From Synechococcus sp. A15-24 (GTDB lineage: Bacteria > Cyanobacteriota > Cyanobacteriia > PCC-6307 > Cyanobiaceae): a DNA stretch of 32,000 bases. The notes under the pieces are model-generated. The model was not told where the DNA came from. It ran no database searches and saw only the letters and a list, made by a program, of their open reading frames with translations. The DNA lies in contig NZ_CP047960.1 of assembly GCF_014280195.1 (NCBI RefSeq), positions 2,010,001 to 2,042,000 on the forward strand, read 5' to 3'. The translations under genes were made by a program, and so were the position numbers. This document shows positions 8,271-18,072 of the stretch, in pieces (position 1 is the first letter of the stretch; the number at the start of each line of letters is the position of its first letter).

Positions 8271-9537
8271 CTCCTCCCGGACCCCAGAGTCCAGGAGCAA
8301 GAGCAACCGACCCCGGGCTATCCGCCGCCTGGTGATCTGGTATCGCCGCAATGCCGCGGTCACTTCCCTGGTGGATACGGCGACCAGCTCCGCCTCAGCA
8401 GCGGGAACCGTCGCGGGATCGGTGGCCAACTCCATGCTGCAACCGCTGGTGTTTGACCCGTTGCGCTGGCTTCAGGGCAACACCGACGATGAAGAGATTC
8501 AGGATGCCGATCGCCTCTGGGTGGCCGTGGATGGCATGGGCGGGGACCACGCCCCTGGCCCGATCCTGGAGGGCTGCCTCGAAGCCATCGATCGCCTGCC
8601 TCTGAAAGTCCGCTTCGTCGGCGAAACCGACAAAGTTCTGAAAGCGGCTGATGCTTTGGGCCTGAGCGAGCGCCTGGACCAGGCGCAAGCAGCGGATCAT
8701 CTCGAGCTGGTGGCCAGCGGCCCCTCCATCGGCATGGACGATGAGGCCACCGCCGTACGACGCAAGCGCAATGCCAGCATCAACCTGGCGATGGATTTGG
8801 TAAAAAAAGGGCAGGCCCTGGCCGTGTATTCCGCCGGCAACTCCGGCGCGATGATGGCCTCCGCCATTTTTCGACTCGGACGGCTGAAGGGCATCGACCG
8901 TCCCGCCATTGGTGCACTGTTTCCCACGAAGGACCCGGGCCAACCGGTGCTAGTGCTCGATGTGGGCGCCAACATGGACTGCAAACCGGCTTATCTGCAC
9001 CAGTTCGCCCTGTTGGGCAACATCTACAGCCGTGATGTGCTCCAGGTGGAGCAACCACGGATCGGCCTGTTGAACATCGGGGAGGAGGATTGCAAAGGCA
9101 ATGACCTGGCCCTCAAGACCCACACGTTGCTGCGGGATGAACGTCGTCTGCACTTCGCCGGAAACTGTGAAGGGCGGGATGTGCTGTCCGGCGCGTTTGA
9201 TGTGGTCGTCTGCGACGGTTTCACCGGCAACGTCCTGCTGAAGTTCCTGGAGTCCGTGGGCAGCGTGCTGCTGGGGGTTCTGCGGGCTGAACTGCCCCGA
9301 GGCCGGCGCGGCAAGGTGGGCTCTGCCTTCCTGCGCAGCAACCTGCGGCGAATCAAGAAACGCCTCGACCACGCCGAACATGGAGGAGCATTGCTGCTGG
9401 GGGTCAACGGCGTCGCGGTGATCGGCCACGGGAGCAGCAAAGCCCTCTCTGTGGTGAGTGCCCTGCGCATCGCCCATTCCGCCGCCAGCCATGGCGTGAT
9501 GGAGGATCTGGCCGCTCTGCAGAGCAGCTGTGATTGA
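8251..9537 (+). CDS. plsX: Phosphate acyltransferase PlsX (start uncertain)
   Basis: VAVDGMGGDHAP, DVGANMDCKP and CDGFTGNVLLK hallmarks. The longest ORF starts at TTG 8251 (20-nt overlap with rpaB). In-frame GTGs follow and the first ATG is at 8434. Confidence 0.85.
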   Translation: MPPKDPDSSRTPESRSKSNRPRAIRRLVIWYRRNAAVTSLVDTATSSASAAGTVAGSVANSMLQPLVFDPLRWLQGNTDDEEIQDADRLWVAVDGMGGDHAPGPILEGCLEAIDRLPLKVRFVGETDKVLKAADALGLSERLDQAQAADHLELVASGPSIGMDDEATAVRRKRNASINLAMDLVKKGQALAVYSAGNSGAMMASAIFRLGRLKGIDRPAIGALFPTKDPGQPVLVLDVGANMDCKPAYLHQFALLGNIYSRDVLQVEQPRIGLLNIGEEDCKGNDLALKTHTLLRDERRLHFAGNCEGRDVLSGAFDVVVCDGFTGNVLLKFLESVGSVLLGVLRAELPRGRRGKVGSAFLRSNLRRIKKRLDHAEHGGALLLGVNGVAVIGHGSSKALSVVSALRIAHSAASHGVMEDLAALQSSCD

Positions 9538-9564
9538 CTGACGCCACTCGTCTTCCACCGCGCT

Positions 9565-10581
9565 TTGGTCGAGCAGCTCAACAGGACCGGCGGTGTGTTG
9601 TTCCGAGGCAGCGGTAGCGCGACTCCTCAGCGTTCCATCAGCAACACCGAGCTGGGACAACGGGTGGAGACCAGCGATGACTGGATCCGCAGTCGCACCG
9701 GCATCGCTGCCCGACGGGTCATCGGGACCGACGAAAGCCTGGGTGAACTGAACGGCCTTGCGGCAGAACGCGCACTGGCCATGGCGGGATGGTCGGCGGA
9801 CAGCCTGGATCTGATCCTGCTGGCCACCTCCACACCCGATGATCTTTTCGGATCCGCACCGCGGCTGCAGGCCCGCATCGGTGCGGTGAACGCCGCGGCC
9901 TTCGATCTCACCGCCGCGTGCAGCGGTTTTCTGTTCGCAGTGGTCACGGCAGCCCAGTACTTGCGCAGCGGGGCGATGCAACGGATCCTGGTGGTGGGAG
10001 CCGACCAGCTCAGTCGCTGGGTCGACTGGGACGACCGCCGCTCCTGTGTGCTGTTCGGGGATGCCGCCGGTGCCGTGGTGATGGAAGCCTCCGATGAGCA
10101 GGACGACCTCCATGGGTTCCTGCTTCGCTCCGATGGCAGCCGTGGGGCGGTGTTGCAGCTACCCCAGAGCAGCGAACGAGCACCTCTGGTGGGCGATGCC
10201 AGCCATCAGCGTGGTGGCTTTGAGCCAATTAGGATGAACGGACAGGAGGTCTACAAATTCGCCGTTCGGGAAGTACCGGCGATTTTGGAGGCGCTACTGC
10301 AAACAACCGAAACCCCGCCAGATTCCCTCGACTGGCTGTTGTTGCATCAAGCCAACCAACGCATCCTCGATGCCGTGGCCGAGCGCTTTTCGATTCCGAA
10401 CGAGAAGGTCCTGAGCAACCTGGCCCACTACGGCAACACCTCAGCCGCCACCATCCCCTTGATGCTGGATGAAGCGGTGCGGAACGGACGGATCCAACCG
10501 GGCCACCGCATCGCCAGCAGTGGCTTCGGCGCGGGACTGAGCTGGGGTGCAGCCCTGCTGCGTTGGAGCGGGCCCGCGTAA
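9565..10581 (+). CDS. fabH: 3-oxoacyl-ACP synthase III (KAS III)
   Basis: Catalytic triad contexts AACSGF, LLLHQANQRI and YGNTSAATIP. Start is TTG 9565 or GTG 9595. TAA at 10579-10581. Confidence 0.9.
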   Translation: MVEQLNRTGGVLFRGSGSATPQRSISNTELGQRVETSDDWIRSRTGIAARRVIGTDESLGELNGLAAERALAMAGWSADSLDLILLATSTPDDLFGSAPRLQARIGAVNAAAFDLTAACSGFLFAVVTAAQYLRSGAMQRILVVGADQLSRWVDWDDRRSCVLFGDAAGAVVMEASDEQDDLHGFLLRSDGSRGAVLQLPQSSERAPLVGDASHQRGGFEPIRMNGQEVYKFAVREVPAILEALLQTTETPPDSLDWLLLHQANQRILDAVAERFSIPNEKVLSNLAHYGNTSAATIPLMLDEAVRNGRIQPGHRIASSGFGAGLSWGAALLRWSGPA

Positions 10582-10609
10582 TCTCCCCGCACATCGGTGC
10601 GGACACGTC

Positions 10610-11506
10610 ATGGCGATCGCCTGGGTTTTTCCCGGCCAGGGCTCACAAAAGCTGGGCATGGCGGATCCGGTGCTCAGCCTCAGCGGCGCCAGCCAACGCT
10701 TCACCATTGCCTCCGAGCTGCTGGGCCGTGATCTGCTGGCCATCTGCCAGGGCAACAGCGGTGGCGGCAGCGGTCCCGAGGACCTCAACGACACCCGCAA
10801 CACGCAACCAGCCCTGTTCGTCGTGGAGTCTCTGCTGGTGGACAACCTGATCGAGCAGGGGCGCGACGCAGCACTGGTGGCTGGCCACAGCCTTGGGGAA
10901 CTGGTGGCGCTCTATGCCGCCGGCGTGTTCGACCTGGAAACGGGCCTCAAGCTGATGCAGACCCGATCAGAACTGATGGCGGCCGCCGGTGGCGGCGCGA
11001 TGACCGCCGTGATCGGCTTCGACCGCAGCCAGCTCGAAGCGTTGGTGAACGACACCGAAGGGGTGAGCATCGCCAACGACAACAGCGACGCCCAGGTGGT
11101 GATCTCGGGGCAGCCGGACGCGGTTCAGAGCGTGAGCGAGACGCTCACGTGCAAACGGGCTATTCCCCTGGCAGTTTCCGGAGCATTTCACTCCCCCTTC
11201 ATGGCCGAGGCGGCAGAGGCCTTCGCCACAACGCTGGATGACGTCAGCTTCCGCGATGCCCGGATCCCGGTGTTGAGCAACAGCGATCCCAGCGGTTGCA
11301 GCGATGCAGCCCTGCTCAAGCAACGCTTAAAGCAACAGATGACCACCGGCGTCCGCTGGCGGGAAACCATGGCCTCGATGGCAGAGCATGGCATCGACAC
11401 CCTGGTGGAGATCGGTCCGGGCAATGTGCTCAGTGGCCTGGCCAAACGCAGCATGAACGGTGTGACCACCGCACAGATCGCCAGCTCCGGAGACCTCGGC
11501 CAGTGA
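10610..11506 (+). CDS. fabD: Malonyl-CoA:ACP transacylase
   Basis: ATG 10610 gives MAIAWVFPGQGSQKLGM. GHSLGE active-site motif present. The ORF-track start at 10547 is an upstream extension. Confidence 0.92.
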   Translation: MAIAWVFPGQGSQKLGMADPVLSLSGASQRFTIASELLGRDLLAICQGNSGGGSGPEDLNDTRNTQPALFVVESLLVDNLIEQGRDAALVAGHSLGELVALYAAGVFDLETGLKLMQTRSELMAAAGGGAMTAVIGFDRSQLEALVNDTEGVSIANDNSDAQVVISGQPDAVQSVSETLTCKRAIPLAVSGAFHSPFMAEAAEAFATTLDDVSFRDARIPVLSNSDPSGCSDAALLKQRLKQQMTTGVRWRETMASMAEHGIDTLVEIGPGNVLSGLAKRSMNGVTTAQIASSGDLGQ

Positions 11507-12156
11507 GCAGCGCCCCACTGGCCCTGGCACCCAAGCCCAGCCTTGCCTACCGGCTGGTGAGTGGGCTGCTGGTGTTTCCACTCTTCCGGGGGCTGTTCCG
11601 TGGCTCCACCCGCGGCCTGCGCCATGTGCCGAAGCAGGGGGCGGTGGTGGTGGTGTCCAACCATGGCTCTCATTTCGACCCACCCCTGCTGGGTCATGCC
11701 CTGGGGCGGCCGGTGGCCTTCATGGCCAAGGCGGAACTGTTTTCAATCCCGTTGCTGGGGGCCGTGATTCGCGCCTGTGGCGCCTATCCAGTCCGGCGAG
11801 GGGCCAGTGACCGCGAGGCCATCCGCACGGCCACCGCGCGACTGATGGAGGGATGGGCGACAGGTGTCTTCCTCGATGGCACCCGCCAGCCGGACGGTCG
11901 GGTGAATGCACCACAGCCTGGCGCTGCACTTCTGGCCGCCCGCAGCGGTGCTCCGCTGCTCCCCGTGGCGATTGTCAACAGCCATCGCGCCCTTGGAACG
12001 GGCCAGGTCGTACCGCGGCTGGTGCCGCTGCAGCTGCGGGTGGGGGAGCCCGTGCCAGCGCCGGCGAGTCGCCGCCGCACTGATCTCGACGCCACCACAG
12101 CCATTCTTCAGCAACGGATCAACGCACTGCTGGAGCTGGATCCGCTGCATCCCTGA
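11503..12156 (+). CDS. plsC: 1-acyl-sn-glycerol-3-phosphate acyltransferase
   Basis: HX4D motif NHGSHFDP and an FPEGTR-like VFLDGTR. GTG 11503-11505 overlaps the fabD TGA 11504-11506 (GTGA). The ORF-track start at 11296 lies inside fabD. Confidence 0.85.
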   Translation: MSSAPLALAPKPSLAYRLVSGLLVFPLFRGLFRGSTRGLRHVPKQGAVVVVSNHGSHFDPPLLGHALGRPVAFMAKAELFSIPLLGAVIRACGAYPVRRGASDREAIRTATARLMEGWATGVFLDGTRQPDGRVNAPQPGAALLAARSGAPLLPVAIVNSHRALGTGQVVPRLVPLQLRVGEPVPAPASRRRTDLDATTAILQQRINALLELDPLHP

Positions 12157-12694
12157 GGTCCCGGCCGGTCACCACCCAGGCCACGGCTCGCAGCCAATCC
12201 CGCCAACGCCGTAAGGCGCTCTCCTCACTGCAGGTGGGTTCACAGCCCACCGGCATGCCCGTGAGGTGGATGCCTCGACTGCCGGCCACCACCTGGCCCA
12301 CCGCCAGGGAGCGTTCCAGATGGTCGGCGCTGGTCACCACCAACACATGGCGGACGCCCTGAGACGCCAAGTCATCCACCACGGAGGTGAAGTTGCTCAA
12401 GGTGTCGCGGGCCCTGTAATCCAGCTGCACCTGATCGGTCGTCAATCCCTCCTCCTCAACCAACCAGCTGGCGTATTCAGGGTTGCTGCCACCACTCACC
12501 AAGAGCGGTAGATCCAGCTGACGTGCCAGCCGCGCCCCGACCCGTTCGCGCTCGACATCACCCCCCAGCACCAGCACCTGCTGGGGCGGTGCTGTGTCCA
12601 GGAGAGCCTGGCGGTAGGGCGCCAGGGGCCCTCGGACCACCAGCCATGTCAGCAATCCTGCGCTGAGCAGGACTCCGGCCCGGACCCCTGCCAT
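12119..12694 (-). CDS. DUF218 / YdcF-SanA-like family protein
   Basis: N-terminal hydrophobic segment, VLVLGGD, LLVSGGS, DTLSNF and VLVVTSADHLERS pattern typical of DUF218. ATG at 12694-12692. Confidence 0.7.
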   Translation of the reverse strand: MAGVRAGVLLSAGLLTWLVVRGPLAPYRQALLDTAPPQQVLVLGGDVERERVGARLARQLDLPLLVSGGSNPEYASWLVEEEGLTTDQVQLDYRARDTLSNFTSVVDDLASQGVRHVLVVTSADHLERSLAVGQVVAGSRGIHLTGMPVGCEPTCSEESALRRWRDWLRAVAWVVTGRDLRDAADPAPAVR

Positions 12695-13299
12695 CAGACC
12701 GGCCCCACCGGGGAGGTTGGATAGATGGGGAGAACCGGTTGCCAGGGCAGCAACTCACCCCGTTGAAGGGCCTGCCGCAGACGCCCCAGCAACGCCTCCA
12801 CGTCGGCATCCACATCGACAGCGGCCTCGATGGCAGGGCTCACGATCCGGTCGGCCTCAAGCAGATGCGGAGTCTCAAGCTCCTCAACCACGGCAGCCCG
12901 CAGGCGGTACTGACCTGCGACCACGCCACGCCGGGGCAGGGGTTGCGTGATCCAGAACGGCTGCTCACCAGGCGCCAGACGCGAGGCCATCAGGGCAAAA
13001 CTGCTGACGCCCAACAATGGACAGCCGAGTTGCTGGGCAAGGGTTCGTGCCATCACCACCGAGAGGCGTGTGCCGGTGAATCCTCCGGGCCCGGTCGCAA
13101 CGGCCAAACCCTTGAGCTCGCCCCACCGGCCTCTGGGCAGCAGGGTCGCGACCCGCTCAATCAGGCTGTTGGAGAGACCTCGTCCGTCATCGAACCCCAT
13201 CACCCGCGGGCGGTCCTGATCGATCTCGGGATCCTGCACCGCCACTCCGAAGCGTTCAGTGCAGCTGTGCAGGGCCAGCAGTAGAGGGGAATCAGTCAT
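12694..13299 (-). CDS. tsaB: tRNA t6A biosynthesis protein TsaB (YeaZ family)
   Basis: LLLALHSCTE, GLAVATGPGGFTGTRLSVVMARTLAQQLGCPLLGVSS. ATG at 13299-13297 (the track's first M is a TTG at 13302). Confidence 0.8.
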   Translation of the reverse strand: MTDSPLLLALHSCTERFGVAVQDPEIDQDRPRVMGFDDGRGLSNSLIERVATLLPRGRWGELKGLAVATGPGGFTGTRLSVVMARTLAQQLGCPLLGVSSFALMASRLAPGEQPFWITQPLPRRGVVAGQYRLRAAVVEELETPHLLEADRIVSPAIEAAVDVDADVEALLGRLRQALQRGELLPWQPVLPIYPTSPVGPV

Positions 13300-13550
13300 C
13301 AATCCGGCACGGCTTGCCCTGGGCGCAGTCGCCCCCAGCGTCCGGGTTCAGGCGTGAAGCTGGAGCAGGCCCGTACATCCCATTCGATTCCAGCACCACC
13401 CCCGGGCAGATCCATCACAGAGACGTGGATCCTCGGGGAGCGAGGTTCAAAATCCGGCACGTCACTGAGGTGATCCACGCCATGTTGTCGTTCAACTGCG
13501 TGATAGGCCTGGCAGCGGTCGACCCAGCGGCAGTCCACACAGATGCACAT
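13299..13550 (-). CDS. ycf34: Ycf34 (small Cys-rich, putative Fe-S protein)
   Basis: ATG 13550-13548 gives MCICVDCRWVDRCQAYHAVERQHGVDHL, 83 aa, as remembered for Ycf34. The upstream 94 aa of the 177-aa ORF are Arg/Ser-rich and antisense to cca. Confidence 0.85.
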   Translation of the reverse strand: MCICVDCRWVDRCQAYHAVERQHGVDHLSDVPDFEPRSPRIHVSVMDLPGGGAGIEWDVRACSSFTPEPGRWGRLRPGQAVPD

Positions 13551-14733
13551 GCCCTCCAACCCACCGGCTACCGCCATTTTGGAGCGCCTGGCACCCCAGC
13601 GCTGGCCCCTTCCCCTGGATCTTCTGCCGGCGGGGGCGGTGCTGGTGGGGGGAGCGGTTCGTGATGCCCTGCTGGATCGGCTCAAGCCCAAGCCGGATCT
13701 TGATCTTGTGGTCCCCAGCGGTGCCCTCGCCCTGACGCGCACCCTGGCCAATCGGCTGGGGGGCAGTTGCGTGGTGCTCGACCAGGAGCGTGACATGGCC
13801 CGTCTGGTGCTGCGGGACTGGACCGTGGACATCGCCCGACAGGACGGTGCAAGCCTCGAGGCGGACCTGCAACGCCGGGATTACCGCATCAACGCCATCG
13901 CCCTGCCGCTGCATGGGCCTGCGCAGCTGATTGATCCCACCGGTGGCCTGGCTGACCTCCAGCAAGGCCGGCTGACGGCCGTACGCGAATCCAACATCAC
14001 CGACGACCCGCTGCGGCTGCTGCGGGGCCTGCGGCTGATGGCTGAGATCCCCCTCAGCCTCGATCCGATGACCGCTGTCTGGATGCGTCGCCACCGGCAG
14101 CAACTGACGCAAGCAGCACCGGAACGGATCCTGGCGGAACTGCAGAAACTGGTGGCGGGTCCCCTGGCTGATCAAGCCATCGAGCAGCTCTGCCAACTCG
14201 AACTGATCCGCCCCTGGGCGGCCGGTCAGCCACTGCCGACGTCCGTTGACGCGATTCAGCTGACGGCAAGCGAACAGGAACATGCCCTGCCGTTGGCACG
14301 CCTGACCGCCTTGATCAGCGACAAGGGGCTGGAGCGGCTCAAGGGCAGTCGAGCCCTGCGTCAGCGTTGCCGGCGGCTGCGCCAGTGGCAGCAACGTTTA
14401 CCGGATGACCTGGAGACGCTGCCGGAGGCGGAGCGGGTGCAACTGCACCTGGATCTCGATCGGGATCTGGCGGCATTGATCCTTCAGCTCGAACCAGCCC
14501 ATCAGACCCATTGGCTGCGGCGCTGGCGGGATCCGGAGGACCCGTTGTTTCACCCAGCCAGCCCCGTGGATGGGACCACACTGCAGCGCGAACTCAAGCT
14601 CACTCCAGGCCCTCGTCTTGGGGAGCTGCTGATGCATCTGCGCCTGGAAAGAGCCTTCGGACGGTTGCATAGCCGCGACGATGCACTCCAGGAAGCGCAC
14701 CGTTGGACCAATCGGAATCGGGACGCACTGTGA
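13543..14733 (+). CDS. cca: tRNA nucleotidyltransferase (CCA-adding) / poly(A) polymerase family protein
   Basis: LVGGAVRD, DLDLV, RRDYRINAIA and DDPLRLLRGLR motifs of class II nucleotidyltransferases. Start is ATG 13543, ATG 13549 or TTG 13579. Confidence 0.8.
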   Translation: MHMPSNPPATAILERLAPQRWPLPLDLLPAGAVLVGGAVRDALLDRLKPKPDLDLVVPSGALALTRTLANRLGGSCVVLDQERDMARLVLRDWTVDIARQDGASLEADLQRRDYRINAIALPLHGPAQLIDPTGGLADLQQGRLTAVRESNITDDPLRLLRGLRLMAEIPLSLDPMTAVWMRRHRQQLTQAAPERILAELQKLVAGPLADQAIEQLCQLELIRPWAAGQPLPTSVDAIQLTASEQEHALPLARLTALISDKGLERLKGSRALRQRCRRLRQWQQRLPDDLETLPEAERVQLHLDLDRDLAALILQLEPAHQTHWLRRWRDPEDPLFHPASPVDGTTLQRELKLTPGPRLGELLMHLRLERAFGRLHSRDDALQEAHRWTNRNRDAL

Positions 14734-14796
14734 TTAACTTTGCAGGTGTCAACGATGACGGTCCGACACCGACGAATCGCATTTCCCCCCCCCTTC

Positions 14797-15231
14797 ATGA
14801 GCATCCGCCTGTACATCGGCAACCTGCCGCAGACCTTTGACGAACAGGAGCTGGCTGCTCTGCTCAAGAGTGTGGGAGAGGGAATCAGGTTCAAATCGGT
14901 TCTGGATCGTGAAACCGGAGCGTCCCGTGGTTTCGGCTTCGCTAACGTCGAGGAAGAAAAAGTTGCTGATGCTTTGATTGAGCAGCTGAATGGCAAAGAC
15001 TTCGGCGGCAGCGCCCTGCGGGTCGAGCGCTCCGAGCGACGGGAGAATGGTGGTGGCGGCAATCGCCGCGGCCCCAACGGCGGCGGCAATGGTCAGCCTC
15101 AGGTGGCCCGCAAGGCCGTCAACAAGGTTGTCCATAGCGACGCCCCTGGTGAAGGAGCTCCAGATCCCCGTTGGGCTGGCGAGCTGTCCAAACTGAAGGA
15201 TCTTCTGGCCAATCAAAAGACAGCCGTCTGA
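14797..15231 (+). CDS. RRM-type RNA-binding protein
   Basis: ATG 14797 gives MSIRLYIGNL (RNP-2). RGFGFANV (RNP-1) and a Gly-rich stretch follow. The track's start at 14740 is a TTG extension. Confidence 0.88.
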   Translation: MSIRLYIGNLPQTFDEQELAALLKSVGEGIRFKSVLDRETGASRGFGFANVEEEKVADALIEQLNGKDFGGSALRVERSERRENGGGGNRRGPNGGGNGQPQVARKAVNKVVHSDAPGEGAPDPRWAGELSKLKDLLANQKTAV

Positions 15232-15265
15232 TCGGTGTTCTGATCAGTCAACTCAACACCCAATG

Positions 15266-15297
15266 AACCCATGAGGTGCAAGCCTTCGGGTTTTTTT
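15266..15297 (+). terminator. Probable intrinsic terminator after the RRM protein gene
   Basis: AACCC (15266-15270) pairs with GGGTT (15288-15292), with an inner GAGG/CCTT helix, followed by T7 (15291-15297). The stem has an internal loop. Confidence 0.45.
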
Positions 15298-15307
15298 GAT
15301 GGGCTAT

Positions 15308-16216
15308 TTAGCGCGCCTGCGCCAGAACGAAGGAACGCGGCAGATCCAGCAATTTGCTGACCTTGCCGACATAGGCACGGTTGTTGAACACGTCGTAATC
15401 CACCCGCTCGATCGCATCGAGAATGCCCCTGTAGAGACGCAGGGACGTCCACACCGGCCAGCGCGCGTCACGGGAGAGCCAGCGCACGCCAGCCTCCGAT
15501 CGCGCAAACCAGTCCCTGGCTCGTTGCAGCTGGAACTGCATCAGTTCATACCAGGCGCTGTTAAGGCGTCCGGCCATCAAATCATCTTCTGAGTAGCCGA
15601 ACCGCTCCAGATCCTCGAGCGGCAGGTAAATGCGCCCCCGCCCCCGGTCTTCACCCACATCGCGGAGGATGTTGGTGAGCTGATTGGCAATACCGAGAGC
15701 AACCGCCGCATCTGAGGTGTCAGGACGGTCACTCCAGGGAGCCGAGGTGTAGGCACCATCAACACCCATCACACCTTGGGTCATCAGCCCGACGGTTCCA
15801 GCGACGCGATAGCAGTACAGCTTGAGGTCGTCAAAGCGCGGATAGCGCGTCCAGGTCAGATCCATCCTCTGACCCTCAATCATGTCGAGGTAGGGCTGGA
15901 TGTCCTGGGGAAAGCGCTCGAAGGTGTCCACCATCACGGCATCGAGATCATCCTCGACCGTTCCCTTGAACAAGGCGCGAGTTTTTTCCTCCCAGCGATC
16001 CAGGCGTTCCGCCAATTCATTCACGGGGCGTACCTGAGCCTCAGGGCTGTCCATCAGCTCATCGGTGCGACGGCACCAGACGTAGATGGCCCAGATGGCA
16101 CGGCGCTTCTCCTGGGGCAGCAGAAGCGTCCCCAGGTAAAAGGTCTTGGCCCACTCAGCGGTCTCACGACGGCAAGCCTCAAAGGCTGCGTCGAGATCCG
16201 GGGCTGCGAGGGGCAT
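15308..16216 (-). CDS. crtB: Phytoene synthase
   Basis: Two Asp-rich motifs (YVWCRRTDELMD and NILRDVGEDRGRGRIYLP). ATG at 16216, or a GTG at 16219 that directly abuts the pds TGA (16222-16220). Confidence 0.92.
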   Translation of the reverse strand: MPLAAPDLDAAFEACRRETAEWAKTFYLGTLLLPQEKRRAIWAIYVWCRRTDELMDSPEAQVRPVNELAERLDRWEEKTRALFKGTVEDDLDAVMVDTFERFPQDIQPYLDMIEGQRMDLTWTRYPRFDDLKLYCYRVAGTVGLMTQGVMGVDGAYTSAPWSDRPDTSDAAVALGIANQLTNILRDVGEDRGRGRIYLPLEDLERFGYSEDDLMAGRLNSAWYELMQFQLQRARDWFARSEAGVRWLSRDARWPVWTSLRLYRGILDAIERVDYDVFNNRAYVGKVSKLLDLPRSFVLAQAR

Positions 16217-16219
16217 CAC

Positions 16220-17724
<1,505 letters not shown>

Positions 17725-18072
17725 ATGGCTGACACCCTGCTGAAATGCACCACCCGCCATGTACGCCTGTTCACGGCACGGGTGGACAACCAGGATCTGG
17801 TGCCATCAGCGGATGAGCTGACCCTGGACCTTGATCCCGACAATGAATTCCTCTGGTCGGACACCGTGGTGAGCAAAGTGCAACAGCGCTTTCAACAGCT
17901 GGTGGACGCCGGCGCCGGTGGCGAACTCAGCGACTACAGCCTCAGGCGAATCGGTACAGACCTGGAGGGCTACATCCGCCAGCTTCTCCAGGCCGGGGAA
18001 CTCAGCTACAACCCGGATGGCCGAGTTCAGAACTTCTCCATGGGTCTTCCTCGCACACCGGACCTGTTGTGA
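17725..18072 (+). CDS. ndhM: NDH-1 subunit M
   Basis: [53 protein letters not shown] and FSMGLPR match remembered NdhM sequences. Confidence 0.9.
   Translation: MADTLLKCTTRHVRLFTARVDNQDLVPSADELTLDLDPDNEFLWSDTVVSKVQQRFQQLVDAGAGGELSDYSLRRIGTDLEGYIRQLLQAGELSYNPDGRVQNFSMGLPRTPDLL

Noticed and set aside
7458-8435. 325-aa minus-strand ORF covering rpaB
   Set aside because: Antisense to the highly conserved RpaB. It has no motifs and runs through the radA/rpaB promoter region.
8950-10113. 387-aa minus-strand ORF spanning the plsX/fabH junction
   Set aside because: Antisense to two genes with clear catalytic motifs. It crosses their intergenic spacer, which a real gene would be unlikely to do.
13551-13832. 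N-terminal 94 aa of the 177-aa ORF that contains ycf34
   Set aside because: Ycf34 homologues begin MCICV as I remember them. The upstream part is Arg/Ser-rich and lies antisense to the conserved GGAVRD region of the cca-like gene.
13492-14394. 300-aa minus-strand ORF opposite the cca-like gene. The same reasoning applies to 25697-26755 (352 aa, opposite the sugar nucleotidyltransferase), 21591-22520 (309 aa, opposite ndhF) and 2050-2676 (208 aa, opposite holB/tmk).
   Set aside because: All are antisense to genes with strong family motifs and have compositionally biased translations.
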